A stretch of 64,000 bases of DNA from NCBI GenBank assembly GCA_965237675.1, contig OZ250150.1, positions 4,384,001 through 4,448,000 of the forward strand, written 5' to 3'. The first letter of the stretch is position 1. Every line of letters begins with the position of its first letter. This stretch comes from Candidatus Latescibacterota bacterium. GTDB taxonomy: Bacteria > Latescibacterota > UBA2968 > GCA-2709665. The notes beneath the pieces were generated by a model. That model made no database searches, was not told where the DNA came from, and was given only the letters and a program-made list of their open reading frames with translations. Made by a program: the position numbers and the translations under genes. Shown piece after piece: positions 53,340-64,000 of this stretch.

Positions 53340-53471
53340 CGGCCATCCTGATCTTGTAGGGACAGGTTTCGAACCTTCCCCTACGATCGGACCCCGGAGG
53401 CGGTTGCAGCGATGGCCGACCAGGGCCGTGCAAATAGAACGCTCCAGCCCCTTCTCGCTGGTGTCGGTGGT
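53340..53471 (-). pseudogene. Remnant copy of the hsdR 5' end
   Basis: TTDTSEKGLERSICTALVGHRC versus HsdR MNTDTSERGLERLICTALTGQGC; no start codon. Confidence 0.8.
53356..53384. repeat. Second-type GTAG REP-like palindrome
   Basis: GTAGGGACAGGTTTCGAACCTTCCCCTAC. Confidence 0.7.
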
Positions 53472-53476
53472 CCGCG

Positions 53477-53812
53477 CTATGCTTCGCCTCTCATCGGGAT
53501 GGGGACTTCCCGGACTTCTCCGGGCTGAATCCCGTCAAGGACGGCGCGAATGTCCTCAATCCTTGGCTCGATGAGCGGCCACCGGTTCGCCCCAAGAACG
53601 ATCAGTGCGAAGCTACGGCTTCCGATGTTCTGTTGGTATGGCATGTTCCTGTCCGCAGTAATCACAACGCCATACCCTGCTTCTTCCGCCCGGTCCAGCA
53701 ATTCGCCATTGACAAGCGTTGCCCACCCGCGCTCTTCAGCCACGTCAACATCGTGGCCGACGAGGTGACGGCGAAGCTGCCGTGGCGCATTGTGGTCAAA
53801 CAGGATTCGCAT
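53477..53812 (-). CDS. DUF5615-type PIN-like toxin
   Basis: MRILFDHN.P, NGELL, ITADRNM.YQQN. Confidence 0.8.
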   Translation of the reverse strand: MRILFDHNAPRQLRRHLVGHDVDVAEERGWATLVNGELLDRAEEAGYGVVITADRNMPYQQNIGSRSFALIVLGANRWPLIEPRIEDIRAVLDGIQPGEVREVPIPMRGEA

Positions 53813-54044
53813 GCGAGACCCTGGCGACCTTGGCATCAAGGTCTTGCACTACGAATTCCAGAACCGCCCGCACCTTTGCTTCGTCTACCCCGCCGAACCA
53901 TTCGATAAAGTCGTGGACCGTTGCGCCCTCCGCAAGGTTGCCGAAAAGGGCCGACACAGGCAGCCGGGTCCCGGTGAACACCCAGGCCCCGCTCACCCTG
54001 CCAGGCACGCTCTCCACCTCCGGGCACTTGCTCCAGTCCGTCAT
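53796..54044 (-). CDS. DUF433-family antitoxin
   Basis: PGRVSGAWVFTGTRLPV..LFGNL..GATV; AGGAGG RBS. Confidence 0.88.
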   Translation of the reverse strand: MTDWSKCPEVESVPGRVSGAWVFTGTRLPVSALFGNLAEGATVHDFIEWFGGVDEAKVRAVLEFVVQDLDAKVARVSHANPV

Positions 54045-54074
54045 ACGGTCACCTCCTTTTCGATTGTGTGCTCT

Positions 54075-55370
54075 TCAGCCGATTCTTCGGCGTCCGCCGG
54101 GGACGTCGTTTTCAGGCAGTTCATCCGCCGCCTCGCGCACATCGAGCTTGCCACTGACGACATCGGAAATCAGGCGTGCGCGGTATTCATTAAGCAGTCT
54201 TTTAGAGTCTTCGGCCTGTTGGCGCACCAATTTCTCGCGTTGCAGCATTTCTACTATTTCCACTTGATGGCGAAGAGGCGGAAGAGGTATCTTCTCTTTC
54301 AGAAGGGTTTTAGCATTAAGCGGCCTGTTCCTTCCCGCGGCACCTCTCGAATGGTGATCAAGTAGAAGCTGACCCCAGTCCGTCTGAAAAAAGGCCAGCA
54401 AGAATCCTGAATCCAAGACATTCTGCCTACCCTGTAGTATCGGATAACGGTGACTTGCAACGCACCCAGACTCAGTCTCACCTGCCAGAGCGATTGCCCC
54501 TTCCCAAGCAAACTGCCCGCTGAGAACCAAGTCACCTTTTTCGATCCAAAAGAAATCGGAATCTCCCAATTCACCGCCGTTTCGAGGTTCCTTTTTAAAG
54601 ATCCCTCGTCCTCGATTGTAAAGACCAATCGGGGTGTATGTGTCGGCGGCCACACGGTGAACCGGCCTTTCGACCAAGTCTGCAACGACCTCGATCTTAT
54701 TTGAGGTAACACTTCGAGATTGAATCACTTCTTGTGTTGCAGCCTTACGTTGCTCCTCCAGCAGCGAAATCAGCTTCTGCTTGGAGCGGATATAGCGCCG
54801 GATGCGCCGGTCGGCGTGGTCGAGGAAGCGGACGATGGCGGCTTGTTCGGGGAGGGGTGGGACGAGAGCTTCAAGGCGGTAGAGGTCATCTGTGTAAAGG
54901 CGAAGTCGACTTTCTACTATTCCTGTGGAGACAGACCTGATTCGTGTCTTGTAAATTGGCGAACGAAAAAGATGGTGGTAGTACCACGGGTGAGATTTTC
55001 TCTTAAACCGATAAACACAGTAAGCGGGGCTTGTAATACCGCGGAACTGTGAAACGCCCATGCTGCCATTCCATGCGAGCATAATATTTACTATGAGGTC
55101 ATTGGGCTCGACAGACTTGTAGCCGACCAGTGATGCTGCCCGAGTATCCGGATCGTCCGCATCGCCGGTCGGGCTCCGCAGGGTAACACCGGTATACTGA
55201 GAAACGCGAAGCAATTCCTCGTTTCCATCAGTTGAGCGGGTGTCGCATTCGTTCAGTAGGTACTTCACTCTCCGAATATCCCAATGCGCCGGCACGTAGC
55301 CGAGCCATTCTACACCGGAGTCCTTCATTTCCGGATACGGTGTCTGTGCGCGGGTGGTGGGTAACTTCAT
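54075..55370 (-). CDS. hsdS: Type I R-M specificity subunit S
   Basis: PYPEMKDSGVEWLGYVPAHW, PPLPEQAAIVRFLD, LLEEQR, EYRARLISDVVSGKLDVR; two lower-GC TRDs. Confidence 0.93.
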   Translation of the reverse strand: MKLPTTRAQTPYPEMKDSGVEWLGYVPAHWDIRRVKYLLNECDTRSTDGNEELLRVSQYTGVTLRSPTGDADDPDTRAASLVGYKSVEPNDLIVNIMLAWNGSMGVSQFRGITSPAYCVYRFKRKSHPWYYHHLFRSPIYKTRIRSVSTGIVESRLRLYTDDLYRLEALVPPLPEQAAIVRFLDHADRRIRRYIRSKQKLISLLEEQRKAATQEVIQSRSVTSNKIEVVADLVERPVHRVAADTYTPIGLYNRGRGIFKKEPRNGGELGDSDFFWIEKGDLVLSGQFAWEGAIALAGETESGCVASHRYPILQGRQNVLDSGFLLAFFQTDWGQLLLDHHSRGAAGRNRPLNAKTLLKEKIPLPPLRHQVEIVEMLQREKLVRQQAEDSKRLLNEYRARLISDVVSGKLDVREAADELPENDVPGGRRRIG

Positions 55371-55582
55371 ACGTAGAGAACCTCATCGCGGGCGCAGTAC
55401 AGTCGAGTCGACTTGGGCCGGAGCAGGGAGTCCTCCAAATGGCAGGGCACCGCGTTTCGCGCCATGGCCTGAAGCGTTTTCCAGTCTTCTCGCTGGGTGA
55501 AGATGCTGTGTCCGAACGACCTACCTCGGTACCCGTCCTCGCAAGCTTCCGTTACTTCGAGGATGATTTCGCTAGATTACAT
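55367..55582 (-). pseudogene. HicB-like small gene, copy 1 (nonsense at codon 2)
   Basis: M*SSEIILEVTEACEDGYRGRSFGHSIFTQREDW...RDEVLYV*; stop overlaps the hsdS ATG (ATGA). Confidence 0.75.
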
Positions 55583-55620
55583 CGAACAATACTACACCTG
55601 CGATGCTGAGTCAGCGGCCG

Positions 55621-56451
55621 TCAGGCGGTCGTATCCGAGTACGGGCTCGGCGGTAGTGGAGGGTGCCGTGGATCCTCCCACGGTGCGTAGAACCACATAT
55701 CCTGCTTCGCTGATGGCGGAGTGGTCTGGAATCGGCTAACCAAGACGATCTTGCTCAACCGCACCGTGTCCGAACATTCACGGACGCTCGCCTCGATCCT
55801 GCTCCTCTCGTCCACGGATAGGATTTGGTGAATTGGAGCAATCACGATCTCATCGTCGAAGACCAGCCACCACTGACGGTAGCGACAGGCTCTCTCGCTC
55901 TTTCGAATCTTCTCCACTTTCTCCTTTACGCAAGCGACTATTCGTTCGGTTAGGGTGGGCACGACTACGGACCCTACGTCGCGACTAACCCCCGAAAAAG
56001 ATCCCTCATTGGTCGCTGGATCCAACGTCAAAACCACGCCCCGTCTACGTATATCTTCCTCTGGCAACAGCTGAAACTCACCTCCGATTGCACTTTCGAG
56101 TGCGTCACGGACACGTTCCTTCCAAGTGGGATCGTTGCTTGATGGTGGCCGCGGTACTCTGGGATCGTATTCACATCGTGCGTGCCACCGCTGATCGCCT
56201 TCCTTTGACGCCTCTTTGATCAATCGTTTGAGTTCACGTTCGAATGCCGTCTCCTTTGTCCTCCCCCACCCTTCCGTGTTATGAAGGAGAGTTACCTCAA
56301 CACCAATCGTGGTACCCTCGTACTGGATTTTCCAGTCCGGGGGGCCGTCTCCATCGCGACCGACATACTTTTTCGTAGCCCTGATCTGATCGAGCCATTC
56401 CCCAATCGAAATCTCACTACCCTTTGGACAGTTCATCGGCTTCTTTGCCAT
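55621..56451 (-). CDS. Hypothetical protein with PD-(D/E)XK nuclease-like motif
   Basis: PPDW...TTIGVEVT; C-terminal EKVEK..Y..WWLVFDD; GAGG RBS; lies inside the R-M operon. Confidence 0.6.
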   Translation of the reverse strand: MAKKPMNCPKGSEISIGEWLDQIRATKKYVGRDGDGPPDWKIQYEGTTIGVEVTLLHNTEGWGRTKETAFERELKRLIKEASKEGDQRWHARCEYDPRVPRPPSSNDPTWKERVRDALESAIGGEFQLLPEEDIRRRGVVLTLDPATNEGSFSGVSRDVGSVVVPTLTERIVACVKEKVEKIRKSERACRYRQWWLVFDDEIVIAPIHQILSVDERSRIEASVRECSDTVRLSKIVLVSRFQTTPPSAKQDMWFYAPWEDPRHPPLPPSPYSDTTA

Positions 56452-56483
56452 CTACATCCTCTGCACTGAATAGAACGCATTTT

Positions 56484-56531
56484 AACCCACCGTCGACGTC
56501 TTCTTCGGCGACCACAAAGATGAACGCTATT
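56484..56531 (-). pseudogene. Short fragment resembling the N-terminus of the HicB-like repeat
   Basis: IAFIFVVAEEDVDGG versus SEIIFEVTEAVEG; short, weak match. Confidence 0.35.
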
Positions 56532-56582
56532 TGGCCCCTATCCTCTGGATTTCGCCCAGACACTTACGCAACCCAACGACGT

Positions 56583-57632
56583 TCATTCCGCAGGCTCTTC
56601 AGTGACAAGCATCCAGACTTGCTTCATGGGTAGCTCCGCCTGAATCTCCGCCGGGAGACGCACGTAATTCCGATAGATGGCCTGTACGAGATCTCTGCTG
56701 TCCCACAAACGCACCGTAAAATGGCTTTGCTTCGATTCCAGTTGAACTACCTTGTTGAACCCGCCCCAACAGACGAGCAACCCCTGTTCAGCCTTGAACG
56801 TCTGCATCGTCCCAAGCAACGTTCGGTATACCGTTACATCAGCGGGACTATTCTGCGACTTGACCTGCACACACAAGCGAGGGCTGTCCAGACCAAGCGA
56901 GCCACGACCCGCGAGAATGTCCACGCCCCCATCAGGCCCTGGCGGTGAGACTCTCGTGACCCAGCCATCGACTTTTAGCACGGCATCTACTAACCATGTC
57001 AGGGCGTGCTCGGTGAACCGTGACTGAAGCCGGGCAACAATCTGATCATGCGCCATCTGTGTCAGATCCGGAATCGCATCGGTCTGATCTGCCGTTTGCT
57101 CCGATGGCTCTATCGGTGTTTGTGAAGTAGACGGGCCAGGGTCCGGCTTCCCTTCGAGAACCGCCACGACGCGTCGTGCAGCATCATTCCGGGAGATGTT
57201 GCAGACTGTCATAAATGCACCGAATGAATAGAGTAGATCCTGCTCGAACGTGGTACGCGGCACATCGGGCAGTTTCCATTCAACGGGCCGAATGTGACGT
57301 TCTATTGAGTCCACCTGGTCGTATCGATAAGGTCCCGTGACCCGGCCGATAGCAATCTGCGACGTGAGCTTGCGTGGTAGGACGACTATGTCACCTTCCT
57401 GCATTGCCAACACGAACGCCCAGAGCTGTCCTGCGAGATTACCCACGGCACGCGGCTTCCGTCCGGGCAACGCTTCGCTGACCTGCTTGAAAACCTCATC
57501 ATAGTCTTTCATTCCTTCGAGAGACGGTACGTCCCGAAAACCGATAATCGCGACGTTGTTGGTTAGGGCGTAGTCCTCCTCTTCACCATTCCGACCTGCC
57601 CTGACGAGATATACCTTCGGGGTACTGTTCAT
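56583..57632 (-). CDS. Mrr-family (type IV) restriction endonuclease
   Basis: PPGPDGGVDILA...VQVKS Mrr catalytic motif; N-terminal YLVRAG / MQEGDIVV recognition domain. Confidence 0.88.
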   Translation of the reverse strand: MNSTPKVYLVRAGRNGEEEDYALTNNVAIIGFRDVPSLEGMKDYDEVFKQVSEALPGRKPRAVGNLAGQLWAFVLAMQEGDIVVLPRKLTSQIAIGRVTGPYRYDQVDSIERHIRPVEWKLPDVPRTTFEQDLLYSFGAFMTVCNISRNDAARRVVAVLEGKPDPGPSTSQTPIEPSEQTADQTDAIPDLTQMAHDQIVARLQSRFTEHALTWLVDAVLKVDGWVTRVSPPGPDGGVDILAGRGSLGLDSPRLCVQVKSQNSPADVTVYRTLLGTMQTFKAEQGLLVCWGGFNKVVQLESKQSHFTVRLWDSRDLVQAIYRNYVRLPAEIQAELPMKQVWMLVTEEPAE

Positions 57633-57682
57633 TGTCTAATCTCCGACTTGACGCATTCGAACTTCTTTTTGGCGAGGTAGCA

Positions 57683-57895
57683 ACATACTGCGATGGCCTC
57701 GACTCTGACGAGATGCAGTGTGATCACTCGTGGCATGTTCTCGACGTCGAAATGACAGAGCACCGCGCCTCGGGCCATGGCGTTTTGGTCGTTCCAGTCT
57801 TCACCCTGCGTGAAGATGCTGTGCCCGAGCGCTCTGGAGTCGAATCTGCCTTCAACCGCTTCGGTTACCTCGAAGATGATCTCGCTCGGTCTGAT
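57683..57895 (-). pseudogene. HicB-like small gene, copy 2 (start codon position ATC, stop position TGT)
   Basis: GGAGG RBS then IRPSEIIFEVTEAVEGRFDSRALGHSIFTQGEDW...LHLVRVEAIAV, followed by an overlapping MLLPR stub. Confidence 0.8.
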
Positions 57896-57949
57896 CTGCT
57901 TATCCTCCGTGTGTCCAGACCGTCCTTTGCGATAGGATTCTTCGGGTCC

Positions 57950-58172
57950 CCCGACCATCTACCCGGGTGATCCGCGATGTATTGACGAATACGATCCAGC
58001 GCGGATTCGTTCCGGATAACGTGTTCGTAGTAATTGCGCTGCCACACCGATGCACCGGGCGTACCACGCATGGTGTTGATGCGTTTGGTTGCGGCGGATT
58101 TGAATCCGGCCATCATCGCGCCAAGTGACCCAGGTCGTAACGCGCTACGGGCGACCGGCCGGTCGCCCCTAC
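57950..58172 (-). pseudogene. Tandem duplicate of the RAYT C-terminal half, beginning at a REP
   Basis: Highly similar to the sequence 270 bp away (about 58220-58442); GFKSAATKRIN..WQRNYYEHVIRNE; REP at 58149-58172. Confidence 0.85.
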
Positions 58173-58723
58173 GCCGATTGGATCCTGGCGGTCACAAACG
58201 AAAGGATTCTCCCGGTCTTCCGGCCATCTGGCCGGGTTATCCGCGATGTATTGCCGAATCCGATCCAGCGTGGATTCGTACCGGATAACGTGTTCGTAGT
58301 AATTGCGCTGCCAGATCGATACACCGGGCGTGCCACGCATGGTGTTGATGCGTTTGGTTGCGGCAGATTTGAATCCGGCCATCATCGCGCCGAGTGACCT
58401 GGGTCGTGGTCCGCTGGGGGCGACCGGCCGGTCGCCCCTACAGAGGTCGTCGGTAATAATGACGATACCATGAACATGGTTTGGCATTAGAACCCAAGCG
58501 TCCAGTTCGATCTCGATGCGGATCCGTGCAGATTTTAGCCATTCCTCTGCGGCTATCCGGCCCAATTCGTTCAGTTCCACCTTACCATCATTCACTTCGC
58601 CAAACAATAGTTCCTGGCCCGTTGTGCAGACGGTGATAAAGTATGCGCCTGATCGTGAATAGTCGTAGTTGCGCAATCGGACCGACCGACGGTGATGTTT
58701 CTCCGGATCGTAAGCGGGGTTCA

Positions 58724-58724
<1 letters not shown>
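58113..58724 (-). mobile_element. REP-associated tyrosine transposase (RAYT/TnpA-REP, HUH Y1 family)
   Basis: RRSVRLRNYDYSRSGAYFITVCT, MPNHVHGI (HUH), WQRNYYEHVIR, YIADNP; REP palindromes at 58417-58441 (internal) and 58149-58172; GTG start overlaps the hsdM stop. Confidence 0.9.
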
Positions 58725-60688
<1,964 letters not shown>

Positions 60689-60733
60689 CGTTGTATTGCT
60701 CCTCGAAATAGGACTACGAGTCGTTCGGCAGTT

Positions 60734-60946
60734 TCACGCCGTGATGGCCTCTTCTTTAACGAGATGAAGGCGAATCACCCCTGGGGCGCCGCCTTCGTCG
60801 AAATAACATCGCACCGCATCTCGAACCATGCCCTTCAGGTCGTCCCAATCGTCCCCCTGTGTGAAGATGTCTTATCCAAGCGCCCTGGCATCGTATCTAC
60901 CTCCCACCGCCTCGGTTACCTCGAAGACAATTTCCTCTGGTCTCGC
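60734..60946 (-). pseudogene. HicB-like small gene, copy 3 (no start codon, internal TAA)
   Basis: RPEEIVFEVTEAVGGRYDARALG*DIFTQGDDW...LHLVKEEAITA*, followed by an overlapping GTG stub MKLPNDS*. Confidence 0.8.
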
Positions 60947-60991
60947 CCCCGGTTCCCTCTCTATCAGGCCCCGGCGCCCGGGCGCCCACGG

Positions 60992-61213
60992 TCAAACCGT
61001 AACCATGTAGTGGTTCACCACGACCGACTCCGCGGCCTGATCATCATCCCGCTCAAGCTCGTCGAGATACATCCTGATCGCGTCGGCGACCAGGTCACGC
61101 ACCTCTTCCTCCGTTTTCCCCGCCACGCCAACGCCGGGAAGTTCCGGAACATACGCCCCATACGCGCGGGGTCCATATTTCTCTACAATGACCAGATACT
61201 CAGCCTGCGCCAT
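60992..61213 (-). CDS. hicB: HicB-family antitoxin (orphan)
   Basis: YLVIVEK..YGAYVPELPGVGVAGKTEEEV; GGAGG RBS; no adjacent intact hicA. Confidence 0.85.
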   Translation of the reverse strand: MAQAEYLVIVEKYGPRAYGAYVPELPGVGVAGKTEEEVRDLVADAIRMYLDELERDDDQAAESVVVNHYMVTV

Positions 61214-61294
61214 CTCCAACCTCCGTGTCGTTCTCTTTCAAACCGGCCTGTTTGAGCACCTGGCTAAGCGTGAACATGAATATCTCCGCTGGAC

Positions 61295-62464
61295 TCACCC
61301 CCGATTCCCTCCCCCCCACGCGGACGTGAACTGCTCGCCCTCAACGAACCGGCTGGGACGAAACGGGTGCAGATCGAACGCCGGCGTCAGGCCGAGAATC
61401 ACGTCGCTCAACGAATCGGCAATCGGCGGTCCCAGTTTGAACCCGTGCCCACTCCCCCCGAAAAAGGCATAATACCCCTCCAGACCCGGCTCGGATCCCA
61501 CCAGCGGATGCCAGTCGTCCGTAATCGTGTACACCGACGCCCAGCCCTTGACGTATTCGCCCTGCCTGAACCCCGGCACTCGTTCATAGGTCCCCTCTTC
61601 GATGCGGCAGCGTGTCGCCTCATCCAATACAGGGTCGTAGGCGTCGATGTCCATCGGCTCCACCTCTTTGGGAAAACTCAAGCCCGCCAGTAAACCGTCA
61701 TCGCCATCAGGACGAAAATAGACCCGCAAATTGGGATCGGAGACCACGGGAAACCGCCCGAACCCCTCGGGAAGGCGCAATACCAGATCGCTCTCCCGGC
61801 TCCATCGCACCGAATAATTCAACCCGGCGGACAATCCCATCCGGCGTCCCCACGGGCCGGCGGCATTAATTACAATACCCGCTGCAACCTCCCCCGCGTC
61901 GGTCTCCACCCCGACCACCCGGTCTCCGGCCATGCGAATCCGCTTCGCACCCACACCCTCATAACAGACCAGCCCCCACTCCTTCGCGCGCGTGACCAGG
62001 TTCCGAACCGTCTTGACGGGGTCCGCGTAACCGGAAGCCGGCTCATAGATCCCGGCGTCGATCCCTCCGGTATTCACCCCGGGGACAAGCTCCCGGATTT
62101 CATCCGTGCCCACCTCCACGGCCTGTGTCTGGTTCCGCTGCTCCGCCTCCAGCACCGCTCGTCCGGCCTCCGCCGTCTGCTCGCCCAGAAGGCAGATGTA
62201 TCCTGTATTGCGAAAGTCACAGTCTCCCCCCAGCGCCTCTTCCCCATTCGCAAACATCTCCAGCGCCTTCATCGACAATTGGATGGTGAGGTCATTCGTG
62301 TAGAACGTACGGATTACGGCGGCCGAATGGCCCGTGCTCACGGCGGCCAACGACCGATTCTCCACGAGAACGACGGCGCCAAGCCCCTTCTTTGCCAGAA
62401 AATGGGCTATGCTGGCTCCCATAATGCCGCCACCGATCACCACGGCGTCCGCCGATTTCAACAT
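61295..62464 (-). CDS. FAD-dependent oxidoreductase (DAO / sarcosine oxidase beta-like)
   Basis: VVIGGGIMG, STGHSAA, INAAGPW, TDDWHPLVG, SGHGFKLGP. Confidence 0.9.
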   Translation of the reverse strand: MLKSADAVVIGGGIMGASIAHFLAKKGLGAVVLVENRSLAAVSTGHSAAVIRTFYTNDLTIQLSMKALEMFANGEEALGGDCDFRNTGYICLLGEQTAEAGRAVLEAEQRNQTQAVEVGTDEIRELVPGVNTGGIDAGIYEPASGYADPVKTVRNLVTRAKEWGLVCYEGVGAKRIRMAGDRVVGVETDAGEVAAGIVINAAGPWGRRMGLSAGLNYSVRWSRESDLVLRLPEGFGRFPVVSDPNLRVYFRPDGDDGLLAGLSFPKEVEPMDIDAYDPVLDEATRCRIEEGTYERVPGFRQGEYVKGWASVYTITDDWHPLVGSEPGLEGYYAFFGGSGHGFKLGPPIADSLSDVILGLTPAFDLHPFRPSRFVEGEQFTSAWGGGNRG

Positions 62465-62665
62465 CAATATTCCTCCCGCGACAGCCAATCGAATCTCGTA
62501 GAAGCCGCTTTTTCTCCTGCGGCATGATCAGCCATGGTGTCGCTCAATATTCACCCGTTGAAAACGCTTTCTGCCTTATTGCCCTGGCCTTCAGCACGCC
62601 TGCGGTTTGAACGCCAGGGACACCTGCTGTTTTTGACCCTGTGTGCAATCCCCCGGCGAGACCGG

Positions 62666-63067
62666 TCAGACCTTCACGAAGATCATCGTGACGGCCTGGC
62701 TGCCGATTACGGACGTCAATGTCAGCTCATTCCCGTTCACTAATGCATCGGCGCCGGTAACGCCCAATGTGTCCTGGTCTTCGAACACGAGGCTTGCGCC
62801 TTCCACAGCGTACACTCCAGCCGAGTACCTATCGTTGAGCCCGAGCGTAGGTGCACTGACGCTCAGCGTGAAGGCGCCCGTGGTGGTCAGAACAAGCGTT
62901 CCGGTTGCATCTGGTGGACCTAGTGTAACGGAGCTCGATTCGTTCGTCACTCGAATCTCTCTCAGCGTATAGGTTCCTGCCAGCGTATCGTAATTCAGTG
63001 GATTGTCATCTCCGCACGCTACCGCAAGCAGCGCCAGGACAATTGAAACTCCCGAAAACGTTCTCAT
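62666..63067 (-). CDS. Lipoprotein, lipocalin-like beta-barrel
   Basis: LLAVAC lipobox; LAGTYTL; beta-rich; GGAGG RBS. Confidence 0.65.
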   Translation of the reverse strand: MRTFSGVSIVLALLAVACGDDNPLNYDTLAGTYTLREIRVTNESSSVTLGPPDATGTLVLTTTGAFTLSVSAPTLGLNDRYSAGVYAVEGASLVFEDQDTLGVTGADALVNGNELTLTSVIGSQAVTMIFVKV

Positions 63068-63114
63068 TCGTGCACCTCCGGAACCGGTTCGGGCCTCGCG
63101 AGTCTGAGGCGTCT

Positions 63115-63978
63115 TTATCGGATGATTCCTTCCAGGTACGTCTTTGCCGCGAGCAGCCCCTCCTGATTCAACGCCGTACTGCCCATATACCGATCGTCTT
63201 CCAGCTCAATTGCCAACGGCCCGTCGTAGCCGAATTCCTCGAGCCGCGCCACAATCCAAATCCAATCCGCCTCTCCCCATCCGGGTATGCAATACCGCCA
63301 CCATCCTTCCCCGTGCCCGTACCTTCTGCCGAAACTCTGCCCCAGGCTCCCGTAAAGGTACAGACCGTCGGACAGCAGTTCCGTATCTTTCGCATGCACA
63401 TGCCGCACGCGGTCGCCGAATTCCATCAACAGACGCTGGTAATCCACGCCGATCCGGATGAAATGCGACGGATCGTAGCAGATTCCCAGGTGTGGCGACG
63501 GCACGACCTCGAATATGGCACGAAGCGTCTCGGGTGTACATCCGAGATTGCCATAGGTCGGCGCCCCTCCCGGATAGGGCTCGATGGCGAGATGCACCCC
63601 CTGTTGTTCCGCGCAATCCACCACGCCGGGATAAACCTCTTTGAAGATCTCGAAACTTTCGGATCGGGATTGCATGCGGTCGTCTGGCGCCAGACACAGA
63701 AACACCACGCCGGAACCGTGGGTGCCCGTCGCCCGAATTCGCCGCTTCATTGCCGAAACAGCCGTGCGGCGGGTCTGTGCGTCGTTGCTCAACAGAGCGC
63801 CTCCCACGCCCCAGTCTACCGTCCCAATCGCCAGCCCGGCGTTATCGAAAACCTTCCGAATTCCGGCGTCGACTTCCGGCACATCCACAGATCCGAAACC
63901 GCATTCCCCGGCCCAGGCCACGACACCCTCAAGACCCAATTCACTTCCCATGGCTGGAATCCGCATCCCCACGTGCAT
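63115..63978 (-). CDS. Sugar phosphate isomerase/epimerase (xylose isomerase-like TIM barrel)
   Basis: LAIEP, GICYDPSH, HVHAKD, PGWGE, LAIELED. Confidence 0.88.
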   Translation of the reverse strand: MHVGMRIPAMGSELGLEGVVAWAGECGFGSVDVPEVDAGIRKVFDNAGLAIGTVDWGVGGALLSNDAQTRRTAVSAMKRRIRATGTHGSGVVFLCLAPDDRMQSRSESFEIFKEVYPGVVDCAEQQGVHLAIEPYPGGAPTYGNLGCTPETLRAIFEVVPSPHLGICYDPSHFIRIGVDYQRLLMEFGDRVRHVHAKDTELLSDGLYLYGSLGQSFGRRYGHGEGWWRYCIPGWGEADWIWIVARLEEFGYDGPLAIELEDDRYMGSTALNQEGLLAAKTYLEGIIR

Positions 63979-64000
63979 AGAACCCTCCGTGAAAAACGTG

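Noticed and set aside
54041-54110. Possible frameshift in the hsdS tail (alternative ending EEHTIEKEVTV* overlapping the next ATG)
   Set aside because: Plausible but lies after the conserved core and cannot be distinguished from natural tail variation without homologues or reads.
54075-55370. Invertible hsdS shufflon (phase-variable type I system)
   Set aside because: Only one hsdS, no silent TRD copies, no long inverted repeats and no recombinase seen.

Overview
GC-rich bacterial chromosomal window with no rRNA, tRNA or CRISPR array detected. It contains a housekeeping block (recG, a decayed PfkB-type kinase, hflK, hflC, a peptidase MA-like gene, coaE), an SOS mutagenesis cassette (imuA-like, imuB, dnaE2, SRAP) preceded by a perfect 22-bp palindrome over its -35 box, many metabolic and accessory genes (heparinase II/III, Gfo/Idh/MocA, PhyH, polysaccharide deacetylase, amidohydrolase, rhaA, MATE) and several Sel1/TPR/ankyrin proteins. 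Two defence-type islands stand out. The first (about 1.8-7.7 kb) is a cluster of intact and decayed toxin-antitoxin modules. The second (about 48.5-61.2 kb) is a type I restriction-modification operon (hsdM, hsdS, hsdR) stretched by inserted genes: a REP-associated tyrosine transposase (RAYT), an Mrr-type nuclease, a PD-(D/E)XK-like unknown, two PIN-type TA pairs and a distal HEPN/AbiU2-like gene. The most unusual structure is in this second island. Three full-length, differently inactivated copies of a ~71-codon HicB-like gene, each followed by a stub of its HicA-like partner, plus a fourth fragment, sit between the genes. One HicA stub supplies the apparent start of hsdS. A duplicated hsdR 5' end precedes an inserted TA pair, and the RAYT's REP palindrome lies in frame inside both hsdR and the RAYT gene itself. 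My inference is a cassette-accreting defence locus that uses TA remnants and REPs as recombination anchors. All family calls come from motif recognition by eye, not database searches; some frameshifts could be sequencing errors.
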